From the NCBI GenBank assembly GCA_951406725.2, contig OX597816.1, positions 137,330,001 through 137,394,000 on the forward strand: a stretch of DNA of 64,000 nucleotides, given 5' to 3'. Every line of letters starts with the position of its first letter. Position 1 is the stretch's first letter. The stretch comes from Octopus vulgaris (Eukaryota). Made by a program: the position numbers and the translations under genes. This document shows, in pieces, positions 1 to 14,352 of the stretch. The notes under the pieces are model-generated. The model was not told where the DNA came from and searched no databases. It saw nothing but the letters and a program-made list of their open reading frames with translations.

Positions 1-43
<43 letters not shown>

Positions 44-1579
44 TTGTAATTGAAGGGAACGGAATAAGGCATTCAGAGATGAAGGAAAGGATCAGGAGAG
101 AATGTTTTCGAAGAGTGAGAGCAATACTCATGACAGAGCTGAATGCAAGAAACAGGATCGAAGCGATCAATGCATTAGCCATACCAGTCGTGACTTACAG
201 TTTCAATATCGTTAACTGGTCAATTACTGAAATATGTCAGCTCGACAGAAAAATAAGAAAACTGTTGACAATGCATAGAATGCACCACCCTAAGGCAGAT
301 ACAGAACGACTTTATCTGCCAAGAAAAGAGGGAGGCCGTGGTCTTTTGCAACTGGCAATAACAATGAAGATTGCTACAATTGGCCTAGACACCTATCTGA
401 AAAAGTCTGAGGACTGGATGTTAAAACTTGTCTCAAAACATGAAAACAAGAAAGCATCATACTCAGTAACAAAACAGGCAAAGGAATATCTAAGTGAATT
501 CCGAATACAACAAATTTCGGAATTAGAGATAGACATACAAGAAACAAGCACAGAAAAAGCTAGGCGCATGAAAACCCGTGCCAAAACTGCGGCCTTAGAT
601 ATTCTGAATAATAAATGGCAAGAAAAGCCTCTCTATGGCAAATACCCAAAGAGAGCGAATAATGCAGATATTGACAAAGCCCTGACCCATCAATGGATAA
701 TGGCCTCTGGTTTAAAATCTGAAACAGAAGGGTTTATCATAGCAGCTCAAGATCAATGCCTACCAACAAGAAACTACCAGGCCAACATATTAAAGAACGG
801 CAGTAGCCCAACATGCCGTGTGTGCCGACAACAAAATGAAACCATTGATCATGTTGTCTCCAAATGCAGTCTTCTAGCGCCTACAGAGTACCTCAACAGG
901 CATGATAGAGCTGCATAATATATTCACTGGGTAATTTGCAAAAACCTGGATTTGCCCCATGAAAAAACTGGTGGGAACACAATCCACCTCCAGTGCTTGA
1001 AAATGACCACATCTCACTCCTCTGGAACTTCACCATTCAAACTGACAGAAAGATATATGCAAATAGGCCAGACATCATATTGAAAGACTTCAGACAAAGA
1101 ACATGCCTCCTCATTGATATGACTGTCCCAATCGATATAAACGTATCTGTCAAGACCTACCAAAAACTGAGCAAATATAAAGATCTTGAAATAGAAATCA
1201 GCAAAATGTGGAAGCTGAAGACTAAAACAATACTTGTTGTCATATGTGTCCTGGGAATGATAGCGAAAGGGGCTGATTGCTACGTAACTCAGATACCAGG
1301 AAACCCCAAAATGGCAGAAATTCAAAAGATAGTGCTCATGGGAACTGCTCATATCCTACGCAAAATACTCTATGTAATCCCAAGGTTTAAATCAAACTTT
1401 ATTATTTTTTTAAATTTATGTATTAGACATTCACTAGTACAACACCAAAAAAAAAAAACCCAAATATATGGCACACTAGGCATAACAACAACGTGAACTT
1501 CCAACCTGTTGTCTCTTGAGGTCTCTGGGTGAGACTTGGAGCCAACTTGTACAGACATAAAGCAAAAGTCAAACATAGA
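44..1579 (+). mobile_element. 5'-truncated R4/Dong-clade non-LTR retrotransposon (RT C-terminus, CCHC finger, REL endonuclease, 3' UTR), decayed
   Basis: ORFs 79-918 and 993-1496: HPKADTERLYLPRKEGGRGL, ETEGFIIAAQDQ, CRVC...ETIDHVVSKC, RHD, NRPDII...LLIDMTVP...KLSKYKDL; premature TAA at 916-918 plus a frameshift; (AAT)n on both flanks. Confidence 0.92.
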
Positions 1580-1617
1580 ATAATAATAATAATAATACAT
1601 GATAATAAAAAGAACAT

Positions 1618-1749
1618 ATGAATAAAAACGCAGCAGCTATACCTGGATCCTCAACACTGCACACGATCTATCTAAAACAGTCCTTGGAGGAAAAGCCCAC
1701 ATTCTACGCAAGGTGATGCAGTAGAAATTTGCATGAAGCTACCAAATAT

Positions 1750-1750
<1 letters not shown>
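1618..1750 (+). mobile_element. Second, diverged R4/Dong 3'-end fragment
   Basis: Translates IPGSS.../KTVLGGKAHILRKVMQ*, paralogous to IPGNP...KIVLMGTAHILRKIL of the upstream element; followed by (AAT)n. Confidence 0.6.
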
Positions 1751-1791
<41 letters not shown>

Positions 1792-1804
1792 TTAATAATA
1801 ATAA

Positions 1805-2220
1805 TTTGAACTCAGAACGTAGCGACGGGCGAAATACCACTAAGAATTTCGTCTGACATGCTAACAATTCTGCAAGCTCGCCGCATTAATAATAATAATA
1901 ATCATAATAATAATGATCTTAAATTTTTGCCACAAAGGCAGCTTGGGAGAAGGGATTAAGCCGATTCCATCGACCTCGGTGTTTCACTGATACTTAACTT
2001 ATCGACCCCCGAAAGGATGAAAGACAATAACAACAACAACAACAACGATAACAACAATATCAATAATAATCTTTTCTACTATAGGTACAAGTTCCGAAAT
2101 TTTTGGGGGCGGCGGCTAGGCGATTACATCGACCTCATTATTTTACTGGTTCTTAATTTACCGACCCCAAAAGGAGGAAAGGCAAAGTCGATCGGCGGAA
2201 TTTGAACTCTGAACGTAAAT
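1805..2220 (-). mobile_element. tRNA-derived SINE family A, three fragments separated by AAT/AAC tracts
   Basis: Reverse complement of the family A head (gcggcgagc...cgttctgagttcaaatt) and central block (cctttcatcctttcggggtcgataa). Confidence 0.8.
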
Positions 2221-2425
2221 TAGTCGTCAATTCCAGCATATGAACTGAGTATGTTCATTTGACTACTTCCGTCTAGTAAGCGCTTATGTTATTTTAGTTG
2301 CCTTTGGAATCGCGTGTATGATTGGCCACAGAGTTTGAAAATTCGTACTTCATTCTGTGTACTTAAAAATATCTGTTCCTTCGTAGAATCCATCAGGTGA
2401 TATTCTACAAAACTTTTGACAGAAT

Positions 2426-2530
2426 ACCACCTGATGAAGTAGAACTATGTTACAATGAAAATTTACGTAATTTTTATCCATGGACTCAGTATTTGGTAAT
2501 AAACTACACCACTGAAACGCGTGTAATGAT
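2426..2530 (+). ncRNA. Degenerate minimal hammerhead ribozyme motif with long stem II insert
   Basis: accac CTGATGA agtag...ctac..act GAAA cgcgtg TA atgat; stem I has mismatches; short inverted copy (catcaggtgatattct) just upstream at ~2391-2406. Confidence 0.55.
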
Positions 2531-2599
2531 ATTTGAACTATCCATTCGCATATATATATATATATATAAAATATATTTTTTTACCTATGTTAGTCATTA

Positions 2600-2752
2600 T
2601 ATGGCTGTATGGCAAGAAGTTTGTTTCTCCACCACATTGTTTTGGACTCTGTCTGTGTAGAAACTTGAGTAAGAGTCTTCTATTATAGTCCCGGGCAGCC
2701 CAAAGCCTTGTTAGTAAATTTGGTACACGGGAACAGAAACAAACCTGTCGTG
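2600..2752 (+). mobile_element. SINE family B, degenerate 5' part
   Basis: tggctgtatggcaagaagtttg...tcttctattatagtcccgggcagcccaaagccttg matches the family B head. Confidence 0.6.
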
Positions 2753-2754
2753 TA

Positions 2755-2789
<35 letters not shown>

Positions 2790-2790
2790 A

Positions 2791-2835
<45 letters not shown>

Positions 2836-3225
2836 ATCTATCTATCTACACACATTAATTACACACACACACACATGCAGCAACAAGGCAAGGTATATCA
2901 GGAGTACTTATAATAACCATCCGACTGCCGATTGTTTCAAACATTGATATCGGTGCCATTTTGCATCGTTTAAAAACATTAAATAAGCGACACTGGTCAT
3001 CACCTGTCAACTTGATCTGGAAACTTAAAGAGGGAAAAGTGCAATACAACATCACATGGACGTTTATAACAATGCATATCCGTACAACACATTCTCAAGG
3101 TCTTGCAATTTCTTTTCTGAGGAAGCGCTATACATTTTAACGTGTACAAAGAAACTTGTGAATAGGTAATCCGAAACAGTTATTAGATGCAACGAGAGGC
3201 TAAAACGTTCTATAAATTTCATCTA

Positions 3226-3450
3226 CATTCGGCGCTGCTTGTGCAGCAGTTTTTGTCTAGGCACAGCATCCCCCAGGTCCGACAGCCACCGTATTTCCCC
3301 GATCTCGTCCCTTGCAACTTTTTCCTCTTTCCAAAAATCAAGTCTTGCTTGAAAGGAAGAAGATTTCAGGACGTCGAGGAAGTCAAAGTGAATGGCGACG
3401 TGGTAGCTGCTGATTACCGTAGGAAACAAGTTCTAGGAATGCTAGGAATG
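3226..3450 (+). mobile_element. Mariner transposase C-terminal fragment
   Basis: HSALLVQQFL...QPPYFPDLVPCNFFLFPKIKSCLKGRRFQDVEEVK corresponds to the mariner YSPDLAPxDF motif. Confidence 0.85.
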
Positions 3451-3451
3451 C

Positions 3452-3805
3452 TGTCAAAATATTTTCGTCGCTTTGAGACCGCGAACTGTTCACTGACAAA
3501 GCTTCGTGCTGCACGAAGCTTTGTCAGTGAACAGTTCGCGGTCTCAAAGCGACGAAAATATTTTGACAAATTAAATTTATATGTTGAAGTGAATCTAACG
3601 GTTTTGTGTGTTTCTTAAATGGCTTATAAACACCTTCCAGGCTGCAATAATAGTAATAATAACATAGAAAAATACCTTAGGAATGAGAACCCAGGCTCGA
3701 AATTTCCCCAAGACACCTGAAGAAGGCTGGAGGGTATATTAGCCGAAATGCTGTGTTAACAAGAAACAAGATGAGGACAAATATCCGTCGAATATAAATA
3801 ATATA
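3452..3805 (+). mobile_element. Non-coding PLE-terminus-like element: perfect 117-bp palindrome (3452-3568) plus degenerate hammerhead (3712-3757)
   Basis: 58-bp arms around T3510; downstream gacac CTGAAGA a ggctg..tagcc GAAA tgct gtgtt. Confidence 0.65.
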
Positions 3806-4538
3806 TTTCTTTTATATCAACCTGCCTGACTTGCTTATCCTTACATTTACACACGCACGCACACACACACACACAGCAAAAAAAAAAAAAAAGTAGACTG
3901 AATCGACTGAAAATTCTTGCATGTGGTGTCCCAACACGGCTGCAGCCGAATTACTGAAACAACTAAATGAAACCAGCATATGAATTCAAACACTACGGCT
4001 TTAATTAACTTAGAAATAATGATTTCAAGTACTTAACATCGAGATATAAGCCACTAATCAATAGGTGTCGAAAATGGGGTAACGTAGTAAAGTTTTATCA
4101 AAGGGAAATATAAACGTAAATGTATAACTTGTCTCCGCTCACAATAGAAGAAATGTCGATATATCGTATAAAGGTAGATAACTTTCCTCAATTTGTCATT
4201 CTGATTGACGAACAAAAGTTATTTCCCTTGAAAAGTTTATCGTTACGTTGTATAAGATAATACGAAAAAATGCGAAAACAAGAAACATCCCTAGTTGATA
4301 CTTGTATATAATGTTAATATATATATTTGCGTACACAGTTTAAAGTTTATGCATGGATTGGGAAGCTATATATACAAATGTATATGTTTGCTTATAACCT
4401 TATTTTCTTTCCATTCTAAACATACTGTTATTTTGGTGCCTTCTGGCGGTTGAATTGAGACTTTGGCTCTCATTTCTAAATAGGTTGATGCTTACTGCTT
4501 CCTTAAGGCTTGGTGCTAATTTTATATTTTATAGCTTA

Positions 4539-5050
4539 CTAGCAGTATCGCCCGGCGTTGCTCGGGTTTGTAAGGGAAATAACTATATAAGCATTTTTAG
4601 AGAGTTACTTCCCTTATAGATGCCAATTTGGGCTTTCTTAGCCATTTCTGTTTTGGTGTCTTCAAGCCATGAAGTCGTTGTTCTAAAAGAAAGCTGGTCT
4701 CCTTGACAACGCTTTACGACGTTAATTTCCTTACACTCCCTTCCCCACAGCTTCACGAGGGAGGGAAGAAGGGGAGAAGCAAACAGGTGCAGGTGTGACC
4801 ATGGACGCCAACTCCGCCGCCATCGACACACGAAAAATTATGCATTAAAATGGAATAAAAAATGATGTTAAATTATTTTTAAAATCGTAGACTCATCGTA
4901 GACGCGCGCTAATACTCAGACGGGCTCGATATGAATCACGACTATAAGATACCCGAATTTGGTTAAACTGCACCGCAAAATGTGGGAGTAGTTAGGAATC
5001 TAAATCGAAGGGGACAGACACTCACACAACTACAGTTTTATATATATAGA
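4539..5050 (-). mobile_element. Non-autonomous Helitron
   Basis: Minus strand begins TC (tctatatatataaaactg), ends with the hairpin cccgagcaacgccggg then CTAG; inserted between A and T with no TSD. Confidence 0.85.
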
Positions 5051-5176
5051 TAATGCTATTGAACCTGTGAACTGCCTATGTTACCGCTGTTAATATTATC
5101 GATTAAAAATATTTGCCATAGATGGCATTAACAATAGTAACATCTTATTTCGAATGTAAACATTCGAATGTATTAT

Positions 5177-5242
5177 GGACAAGTATCTTCTACTATAGCC
5201 TTGTGAGTGGATTTGGTAGTCGGAAACTGAAAGAAGCCCGAC

Positions 5243-5298
<56 letters not shown>

Positions 5299-5355
5299 GA
5301 AGGGCTTCTTTCAGTTTCCGACTACCAAATGCATATATATGTATATGTATGTGTA

Positions 5356-5400
<45 letters not shown>

Positions 5401-5622
5401 TTATCTATGTGTCTGTGTATGTTTGTGTCTGATTTTGTCCCCCTACATCGCTTGACAACTGGTGTTGGTGTGCTTACGTCCCTGTAACTTAGCCGCTCGG
5501 CAAAAGGCCGATGGAATAAGTGTTAGGCTTCAAAAAATGATAAGTCTTAAGGTCGATGTGTTCGATCAAACCTCTTCAAGGCGATGCCCTAGCATGGCCG
5601 CATTCAGAAGACTGAAACAGAT
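5177..5622 (+). mobile_element. SINE family B with internal (TA)n/(TG)n tract, head missing
   Basis: ttctactatagccttgtgagtggatttggtagtcggaaactgaaagaagcccg-[microsatellite]-ttgtccccctacatcgcttgacaac...agcatggccgc. Confidence 0.85.
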
Positions 5623-5625
5623 AAT

Positions 5626-5711
<86 letters not shown>

Positions 5712-5713
<2 letters not shown>

Positions 5714-5890
5714 CTTGTTTCAATCATTAGACTCCGACCATGCTGGGGCATGCCTTGAAGAAATTTTTTAGTCGAATGAATCGACCCCAGTATTAAATTC
5801 TTTGTTCTATCGATATCTTTTGCCGAACTATTAAGTTTCGGTGACTTAAACAAACCAATACCAGTTGTCATGTGATGGCTGGGGACAAAA
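5712..5890 (-). mobile_element. SINE family B 3' half
   Basis: Reverse complement of the family B tail. Confidence 0.75.
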
Positions 5891-5988
5891 AATAAAAACA
5901 CCCCACACACCCACACACATATAAATAGACATACATACATAATACACACACACGTACGTACGTACATACATACATACATACATACATA

Positions 5989-6740
5989 CAGCTCCTCAAC
6001 AAAGTTGTCCTTAAGGAAGCCAAGGACCATCGCTGTAATCTCTTAAATATGGCTAGATTTCTGTCTCTCACCTATGGATGGTAGAATCAGTACACCTTGC
6101 CAAAGAACCAGCGGCTATAGTGAATGCCACTGAAAGTCTGACCACAACATGGTCCACACAGTTATCACTGACAACCACTAAAGCAATACCTGTTGTAACA
6201 AACAGAGTTAAGCGAACAACAGGCATATTCTTAAGATGATAGACAGTTTGTCCGTTATGTTTTTGAACTGGCAGTGAACCGCTTGTCAGCCCCGTTAACT
6301 AAACGTCAAGGCTACATGCTTAGATGTGCAGAAAAGAATAGGATTAATATCAGCCACACACTTTTTGTTGATGACCTAAAGTTATGTCCTGGAAATATAA
6401 TCAATATAAAGAAACAATTTGAACTAGTCACAACATTCTCACGAGTCATAGGAATGGAGTTTTGAAAAGATAAATACTCATACATGGTAGCCAACCGAAG
6501 AAAGATTGTCGAACCGATAGAGAACATGTACATCAATGGCTTGTCTATCTCTAATGATGAAAGCTAAAAGTACCTCGGAACCAATGAGAATGTTGCATAC
6601 GTTGGTGCTGTGACTAAGTCAGAATAACAAAAGAGTACTTCTGTAGATTCTGGAACATATGAAATTCAAAGCAGTCTGTATTTAAGAAGACCGTACCTCA
6701 CAATACTTTTGCTGTACCTGAGCTAGTACCAGCTACATGT
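5989..6740 (+). mobile_element. R4/Dong-like reverse transcriptase fragment, decayed
   Basis: QLLNKVVLKEAKDHRCNL; ISHTLFVDDLKL (YxDD box); FSRVIGMEF; KYLG. Confidence 0.8.
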
Positions 6741-7099
6741 ACATGTTCTCTATCGGATCTTCAGCTGCACAAAGACATAGAATTTAATTAAATTAGAACA
6801 GGACACATTAGTATGATTATACCTAAAATCTCCAAGAAGTTAAGGAGATAGACAAAGAACATGTTGTCTCTACTTCGGCATAGAACTACTAAAAATTATC
6901 AAGAAGACTCTGCTTGCCACTGATTTTTTTTGTCTTTATGGGGTCTTTATAGACTAGTTTATCAAATCCCTTGTGTATCTAAGGCTGAGAGAACAGAGGG
7001 CAGGGGTGAGGGATTAGACAGACATTCTAGTTGGTATAGTCATAAAAATAATCAAGGTTTAATATGAGCAATATCATGATGTTTAGTAACGGAAATAAA

Positions 7100-7193
7100 G
7101 TGCCTTGCTCATGGACACAACGCATCGGCGAGAATTGAACTCACGACTTCATGATCGTGAGCCAAATATCCTACCCAGTAAGCCACGCGCCTT
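7100..7193 (-). mobile_element. tRNA-derived SINE head (family D-like)
   Basis: Reverse complement aggcgcgtggcttactgggtagg...gtgagttcaattc...gcgttgtgtccatgagcaaggcac, with Pol III A/B boxes. Confidence 0.6.
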
Positions 7194-7249
7194 CACTGTA
7201 TACTTTATAGTAAAAGAAATAACATTATTATGGGATTCGCTAAAAGGTT

Positions 7250-7345
7250 GTAGAAACGTTAGGACACCGGGCAAAATGCTTAGTGACATTTCGCCCATCT
7301 TTACATTCTGAGTTCAAATTTCACTGCCGTCGACTTTGCCTCGCG
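7250..7345 (+). mobile_element. SINE family A 5' fragment
   Basis: gaaacgttaggacaccgggcaaaatgcttag...ttctgagttcaaatt. Confidence 0.75.
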
Positions 7346-7492
7346 TCATTTTATTTATTTTAGAGAATTTGAAGCATATCTTTGACAATTCCGGAGCGTA
7401 TTGAACTTACTCGATGCGCGACTTTTGCACCTCCCCCATATATATATATATGCAAGTATTCATGTAGACACACGAGCACAAAGAAACGCACG

Positions 7493-7570
<78 letters not shown>

Positions 7571-7676
7571 GAGAAATAAGTACCAGTTGAGCACAGGAAT
7601 CGATTTTCTCCCACCTTCCAAATTGCAGTCCTAGCAAGATTTTAAACCAATAACATTATTATGAGATTAGCTAAAA

Positions 7677-7893
7677 AGCGGTGAGCTAGCTGGCATAATC
7701 GTTAACACGCCGGACAAAATCCTTAGTAGCAATTCGTCCGTCTTTACGCTTTGAGTTCAAATTCCGTGGAGGTCGACTCTGTCTTTCATTCTTTCAGGGT
7801 CGATAAACTAAGTACTACTGGAGTCGATCCTACCGTTTCGTCTCCTCCCACGAAATTTCAGGTCTTTTTGCCTATCGAAGATAGGATTTTTAT
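7677..7893 (+). mobile_element. SINE family A, near full length
   Basis: gcggtgagct...gagttcaaattccg...ctttcattctttcagggtcgataa...aaatttcaggtc. Confidence 0.8.
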
Positions 7894-8177
7894 CAGATTA
7901 GGTGAAGCAATTCTCAATAGTTACTCTTGGTATACAGTTGTTCCATGTGGGCTGGACCGATCGACTTAAACACACACTTGGTAGGGGAAACATTAATCAT
8001 AGCAGTAAAAAACTACGCATAGGTTCCCATGTCACAGACTTCAGAAATCTAACAGCGCAGACAAAAAGAGTAGTGTCCCCTGGACCTGAGATAGCTGATA
8101 TCAAATTTGGATGCGAAGGGGACTTCGATAGAAGATGAGTTAAAGAGAATATTCCTCCAAGATACATGCATACGTAT

Positions 8178-8346
8178 CTTTTATCGTTTACTTGTTTCAG
8201 TCATATGATTGCGGCCATGCTGGGGCACCTCCTCGAAGGGGTTTAGTTGAAGAAATCGACCCTAGGAGATGTTTTTAAAGTCTAGTACTTATTCTATAGG
8301 TGTCTTTTGCCGAACCGCTATGTTGTGAAGCAATGGTGGGGGACAA

Positions 8347-8347
<1 letters not shown>
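8178..8347 (-). mobile_element. SINE family B 3' half
   Basis: ttacttgtttcagtc...gcggccatgctggggcacc...tttgccgaaccgcta...gggacaaa. Confidence 0.75.
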
Positions 8348-8383
<36 letters not shown>

Positions 8384-9464
8384 TTAAGTATATGATTTAA
8401 CTTATAAAACAAAGTTCAACAAATTCAATCATATTTTTCGTAAATAGAGGAGATTAGATGCTAATATGGATTGAAATTATCTTTATTCGTGTAGCTATGC
8501 GATCGTGTCATACAGAAAGACAATAAATTCATTTTAGGAATTTGGGTTGTCAAAAAGTATTCGTCAGTAGCAAAATTTAAGGAAGGAAAAAAAAAAGAGA
8601 AAAGCTAAAAAGGCATTAGAATTACATAGGTATGGTGTTCGTAATGTGTAATTTTTCTTAGAGTCATATCTATTTAAAACAAGACTGAAGGGTCTCAGTT
8701 GGGTGTTGATATATATAAAAAATTAATAAAGGGTTTCATTGTCTCTATAGATTAGTCTAAAGGAGCTAATTCTAAACTTCCATATATGAAGTAAAAAATC
8801 GGGTGAGGTTGTATTTAACGGAAAAAGGCTAACCAAATAAGGGAGTAAGGAATTTTAAATACTGGGGACTAAAATTTATATTTAACTATCAATAATCAAT
8901 ACGGCTTAGATATTAGTTTGACGAAAATGTTTAATATCTATTATAAATAGTTTGTGGTATATAAACTACAACCTTTATAATAAAAATGTTTTAAGTAAAT
9001 AATATGTCTAATTTTTATAGAAGATAAGTATAGTTAAACTTGTAGAAAGATATTTATAAGGTATATACTAAATGATAGTTAATAAAATAAATATAAAATT
9101 TGTTTTTAAATAATAAATTAAAACATGAAGATGAGGGGCTATTTACTTTATCCGCTGCTAAAATCTATGAATGATCGACAGAGCGGTATAGAAAAGTGAT
9201 ATAGCGAAAAGCATTATGAATAATCTAAGAGAGAAGGAAAAATTCAGAATTATGAAATATGTAGGGGAGATAACCCTTAAAGGGAAAGAATATGTGTGTG
9301 TGTATACATAGGTGTGTGTGTATGTGTGTGTGCGCGCGCAGGGATGTGTGTGTCCTTGCGCCCTGCTACCGCTTCACAACGGGGAATGGTGTGTTCACGT
9401 TCCTGTAACCTACCTGTTCGGCAAACAGATCTACAAAATAAGTTATGACAGAAACAGGTAAAAG

Positions 9465-9537
<73 letters not shown>

Positions 9538-9707
9538 TATATTTATATACATCCAGGATCTTGAATTAGCCAATAATTTTTTTGCTAGTTTATTTTGTCT
9601 CTTTGTCTTCTCTCCTAGTGCTGTGTGAACATTTAATGTGGTTTTAGAGTCAAGTTTTGGCTGATATATCTAACATGGTGGTATCCCTCAGATACCCTTA
9701 ATTATGA

Positions 9708-9789
<82 letters not shown>

Positions 9790-9937
9790 AAAAGCAATAA
9801 AGATTCAAGTTAATTTAAATGAATTTACTTGAATATGGTACCTAACTTAGATGCACCAAAAAAAACTATACTGATTTAACAATACAGTAATGTGGGGTGA
9901 TTATAAGCGAGAATGAAGCAACAAGAATGGATAGGTC

Positions 9938-10026
9938 TTTAGTACAATCGTTTCATACAAGGACAGGTTTTATTAAAAGTTGCAAAAATTACAGCATATA
10001 AACGTGTCCCGTACTCATCAGCTAAA
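9938..10026 (-). ncRNA. Mirror-image hammerhead in the left palindrome arm
   Basis: Reverse complement of 10318-10406. Confidence 0.8.
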
Positions 10027-10317
10027 ATACATGTGAGTTCTCTAGACATCCTAGTGGTTGAGGCTATACTCATGAAGTAATGTAGATAATTAAGTAACAA
10101 AAACAGATTTCAAAAGTTCATTAAATTTCTTTAAAGATGATGTACAGTCTTATCACAGAATTTTAAAAAAGACTTTTTTAAAATTCTGTGATAAGACTGT
10201 ACATCATCTTTAAAGAAATTTAATGAACTTTTGAAATCTGTTTTTGTTACTTAATTATCTACATTACTTCATGAGTATAGCCTCAACCACTAGGATGTCT
10301 AGAGAACTCACATGTAT

Positions 10318-10406
10318 TTTAGCTGATGAGTACGGGACACGTTTATATGCTGTAATTTTTGCAACTTTTAATAAAACCTGTCCTTGTATGAAACGATTGT
10401 ACTAAA
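10318..10406 (+). ncRNA. Minimal type I hammerhead ribozyme, extended stem II
   Basis: tttag CTGATGA gtacgggaca...tgtccttgtat GAAA cgattg TA ctaaa; stem I tttag/ctaaa, cleavage triplet GUA. Confidence 0.8.
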
Positions 10407-10435
10407 GACCTATCCATTCTTGTTGCTTCATTCTC

Positions 10436-10807
<372 letters not shown>

Positions 10808-10841
10808 ATATATATATATGTACATATACATATACATACAG

Positions 10842-10907
<66 letters not shown>

Positions 10908-10934
10908 ATATATACATATACATACATACATACA

Positions 10935-11011
<77 letters not shown>

Positions 11012-11232
11012 ATACATGGTAATCCTAGTTGCTAACCATGAACAACAAAGCAACCTTTTTTCACCTTATCGAACTTCGATATGGGAAAAACTTACAACCG
11101 TCAATAAACGACTATTGTTCCGGAAAGTATTTTTTTTAAATACTTTTTACGGTCTGCTCGAAGCTTACTAACTTCCTACAGCCTGATCTATAGATCATAC
11201 ACCCCTCTCTCTAGACACAGACAGGTATATGG

Positions 11233-12080
<848 letters not shown>

Positions 12081-12092
12081 GAGAGAGACTCC

Positions 12093-12140
<48 letters not shown>

Positions 12141-12376
12141 ATGTGTGCATTATGTGGTCGGTTGAGCTGAAAATATGCACACCTATGTTAAAAGTGCTGG
12201 TAAGTTTGCATGACAACTATTTTTTTCCTCAAATGAAAGGCGTGACCTCTAGGACAAAATTCCTCATCTTATAAAATGTGGCCCCAGTAGACCCGAATGA
12301 AATCGGGTTATATTAACCAAAATGTGAAAAGGGGTCTAAATGGGGCTGGAAGGGGATTAAAATTTAAAGGGGCGGG

Positions 12377-12652
12377 TGTTTAGGAATTCTCTGTTACATC
12401 AAGCTAAAAAATTTGCGCCAGCCTTTTAATCGTCAATGTGTTGCCGTCCATGATGAAGAAGTTTTGAATGCTTGCCATGGTGAGTCTACTGTCGTGAGAA
12501 AGAATCACTTCAAAACTTGGTGTTTAGGGATTTTCTTTTACATCAAGTTCAAAATTTTACGCCAGCCGTTAAACTGTCAAAACGTTGCTGTCCGTCGTTA
12601 AGCCATGGTGACTCTACTATCCTCAGATTCTATCCCTTCAAACTTTGGTTTC
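12377..12652 (+). repeat. Diverged ~140-bp tandem duplication (two copies)
   Basis: gtgtttagg..ttacatcaag..gccagcc..gccatggtga.tctact..ttcaaa.ttgg occurs at ~12377 and ~12520. Confidence 0.7.
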
Positions 12653-13277
12653 CAATATTTTATTATTTTTATTCAGCTCGCAAGTTCGTCTGTCCCTTTT
12701 AAATGTTAGTGTTTTGCTGTCTGCCTTGAAGCAGACCTTTCCGTTGTTACTGCCTGATATTTATGATTGATCTTTCTAAATATCTTATTTCTCAACTTAC
12801 TTAAGATCTTTTGTTGTTTATAAATGGGAGAGAGATAGATAAAGATAGAGAGTAAGAGAAAGCGAGGGAGAGTCCGAGAGAAAGGAAGAGTAAGAGAGTG
12901 GGGAAAGTGAGAGAGAAACATTTAAATGGTAAGTGTTTTATTTTTCCTTCCCTTCGAAGTTTTTATTCCTAATAGTAGTTTGGAATTTAACTGTTCTTTT
13001 TAGAATGCAAGGAGTCCTATGATGGATGCCTCTTATGTGTTTAAATGTACACTGTATTTAAATTAATAATATATAGTCTAACGACTAAATTTTTACATGC
13101 AAGGCCACTGGTAGTAGAAATTTCTAATATTTCATATTACCCTAGATATTATCAATATATATATATATGAAAGATGGAATGGGTTGTTGGATCCTCATAC
13201 GTCGAAACCGACGGAAGAGTCTATCATATATATATATATATATATATGGACACACACACATACGTACACGCACACAT

Positions 13278-13352
<75 letters not shown>

Positions 13353-13389
13353 TGCATGTATTTGTGTGTTTGTGTTCTGTGTTCTTGTT

Positions 13390-14148
13390 GATTGAGTTGT
13401 ATCCAGGTATAGGCCTTTTATCTGGTATTTCTGAAGAAATTTGTCCAGATTCCGTCTAAAGGAAATGGGATCCTTTTCCTCTTTGATTTATTTCGGGACA
13501 ATATTAAATAGGGCAATGCCTGTTGAGGTAAAGATATTGTGTTGCAGTGTATTTATGTGATGTGATCCTGAACTGGGTAGGGGACTATGGGCTGTGGTCC
13601 TAGCCTTGGATGAATTTTGAAGGTAATGTTGGGGTTGTTTGGGCAATGCTGGATGTATATATATCGCTTTAAGGCGGTCCCAATAATCGAGATCGGCCAT
13701 CCATTTACTTCTTTTACTGAATGACCTCTGGGGTGATTCAACTTTCAAGATGTTTTTTTTTTTGTATGGGGAAACCACAGGGGGCAGCAGTATTCGAGGT
13801 GTGGCCGTATAAAGGAGGAGAAAAGAGGAATGATGACACCATGTTCTCTGGACCGGAAGGTTCTTAGGATCCAGGAGCTCATCCCACGAGCTATATCGAC
13901 ATTATTGTTGATGTTGGCACTCCAGCTGAGACTGTTATGGACGATCACTTCTAGGCCTCTGATATTATTAGATGTTGTGGGTGGTTCCCATGAAGGAAGA
14001 GACTGTAGCTGTTTTAGCATAGTCTTTCTTCCAAAATGCATCAGCTCAAATTTTCCTTCGTTAGTTTATTTTGTTTTTGTCTGCCCATTTACTCACAGCA
14101 TGTAGATCAGATTGGAGTTCAGTTCAGTCTTCTTCTTCATTGATAATT
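13390..14148 (-). mobile_element. CR1/L2-group LINE RT C-terminal fragment
   Basis: LSWSANINN...WILRTF...SFIRPHLEYCCPLWFPH...VESPQR...LDYWDRLK. Confidence 0.85.
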
Positions 14149-14352
14149 GTCTCTGCTAAGTTTGCCCCCTATCTGCTGACCACTGAGCAGAAAGAACATC
14201 GTGTCGAAGTCTGTCAAGGTCTCCGTCTATGCATCGCTGATGACCCATCCTTCATGTCGAGGATCACCACCATTGACGAGAGTTGGGTGTACGGGTACGA
14301 CCCTGAGACGAAGCGGCAGTGGTCACAATGGAGGAGCTCTTCATCTCCGAGT
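14149..14352 (+). mobile_element. Mariner transposase internal fragment
   Basis: VSAKFAPYLLTTEQKEHRVEVC...RITTIDESWVYGYDPETKRQWSQW (WVP-like motif and first catalytic D). Confidence 0.88.

Noticed and set aside
8383-9276. AT-rich stretch first suspected to be a mitochondrial insertion (NUMT)
   Set aside because: No recognisable mitochondrial protein, rRNA or tRNA motif in the frames read; more likely a decayed retroelement, left unassigned.
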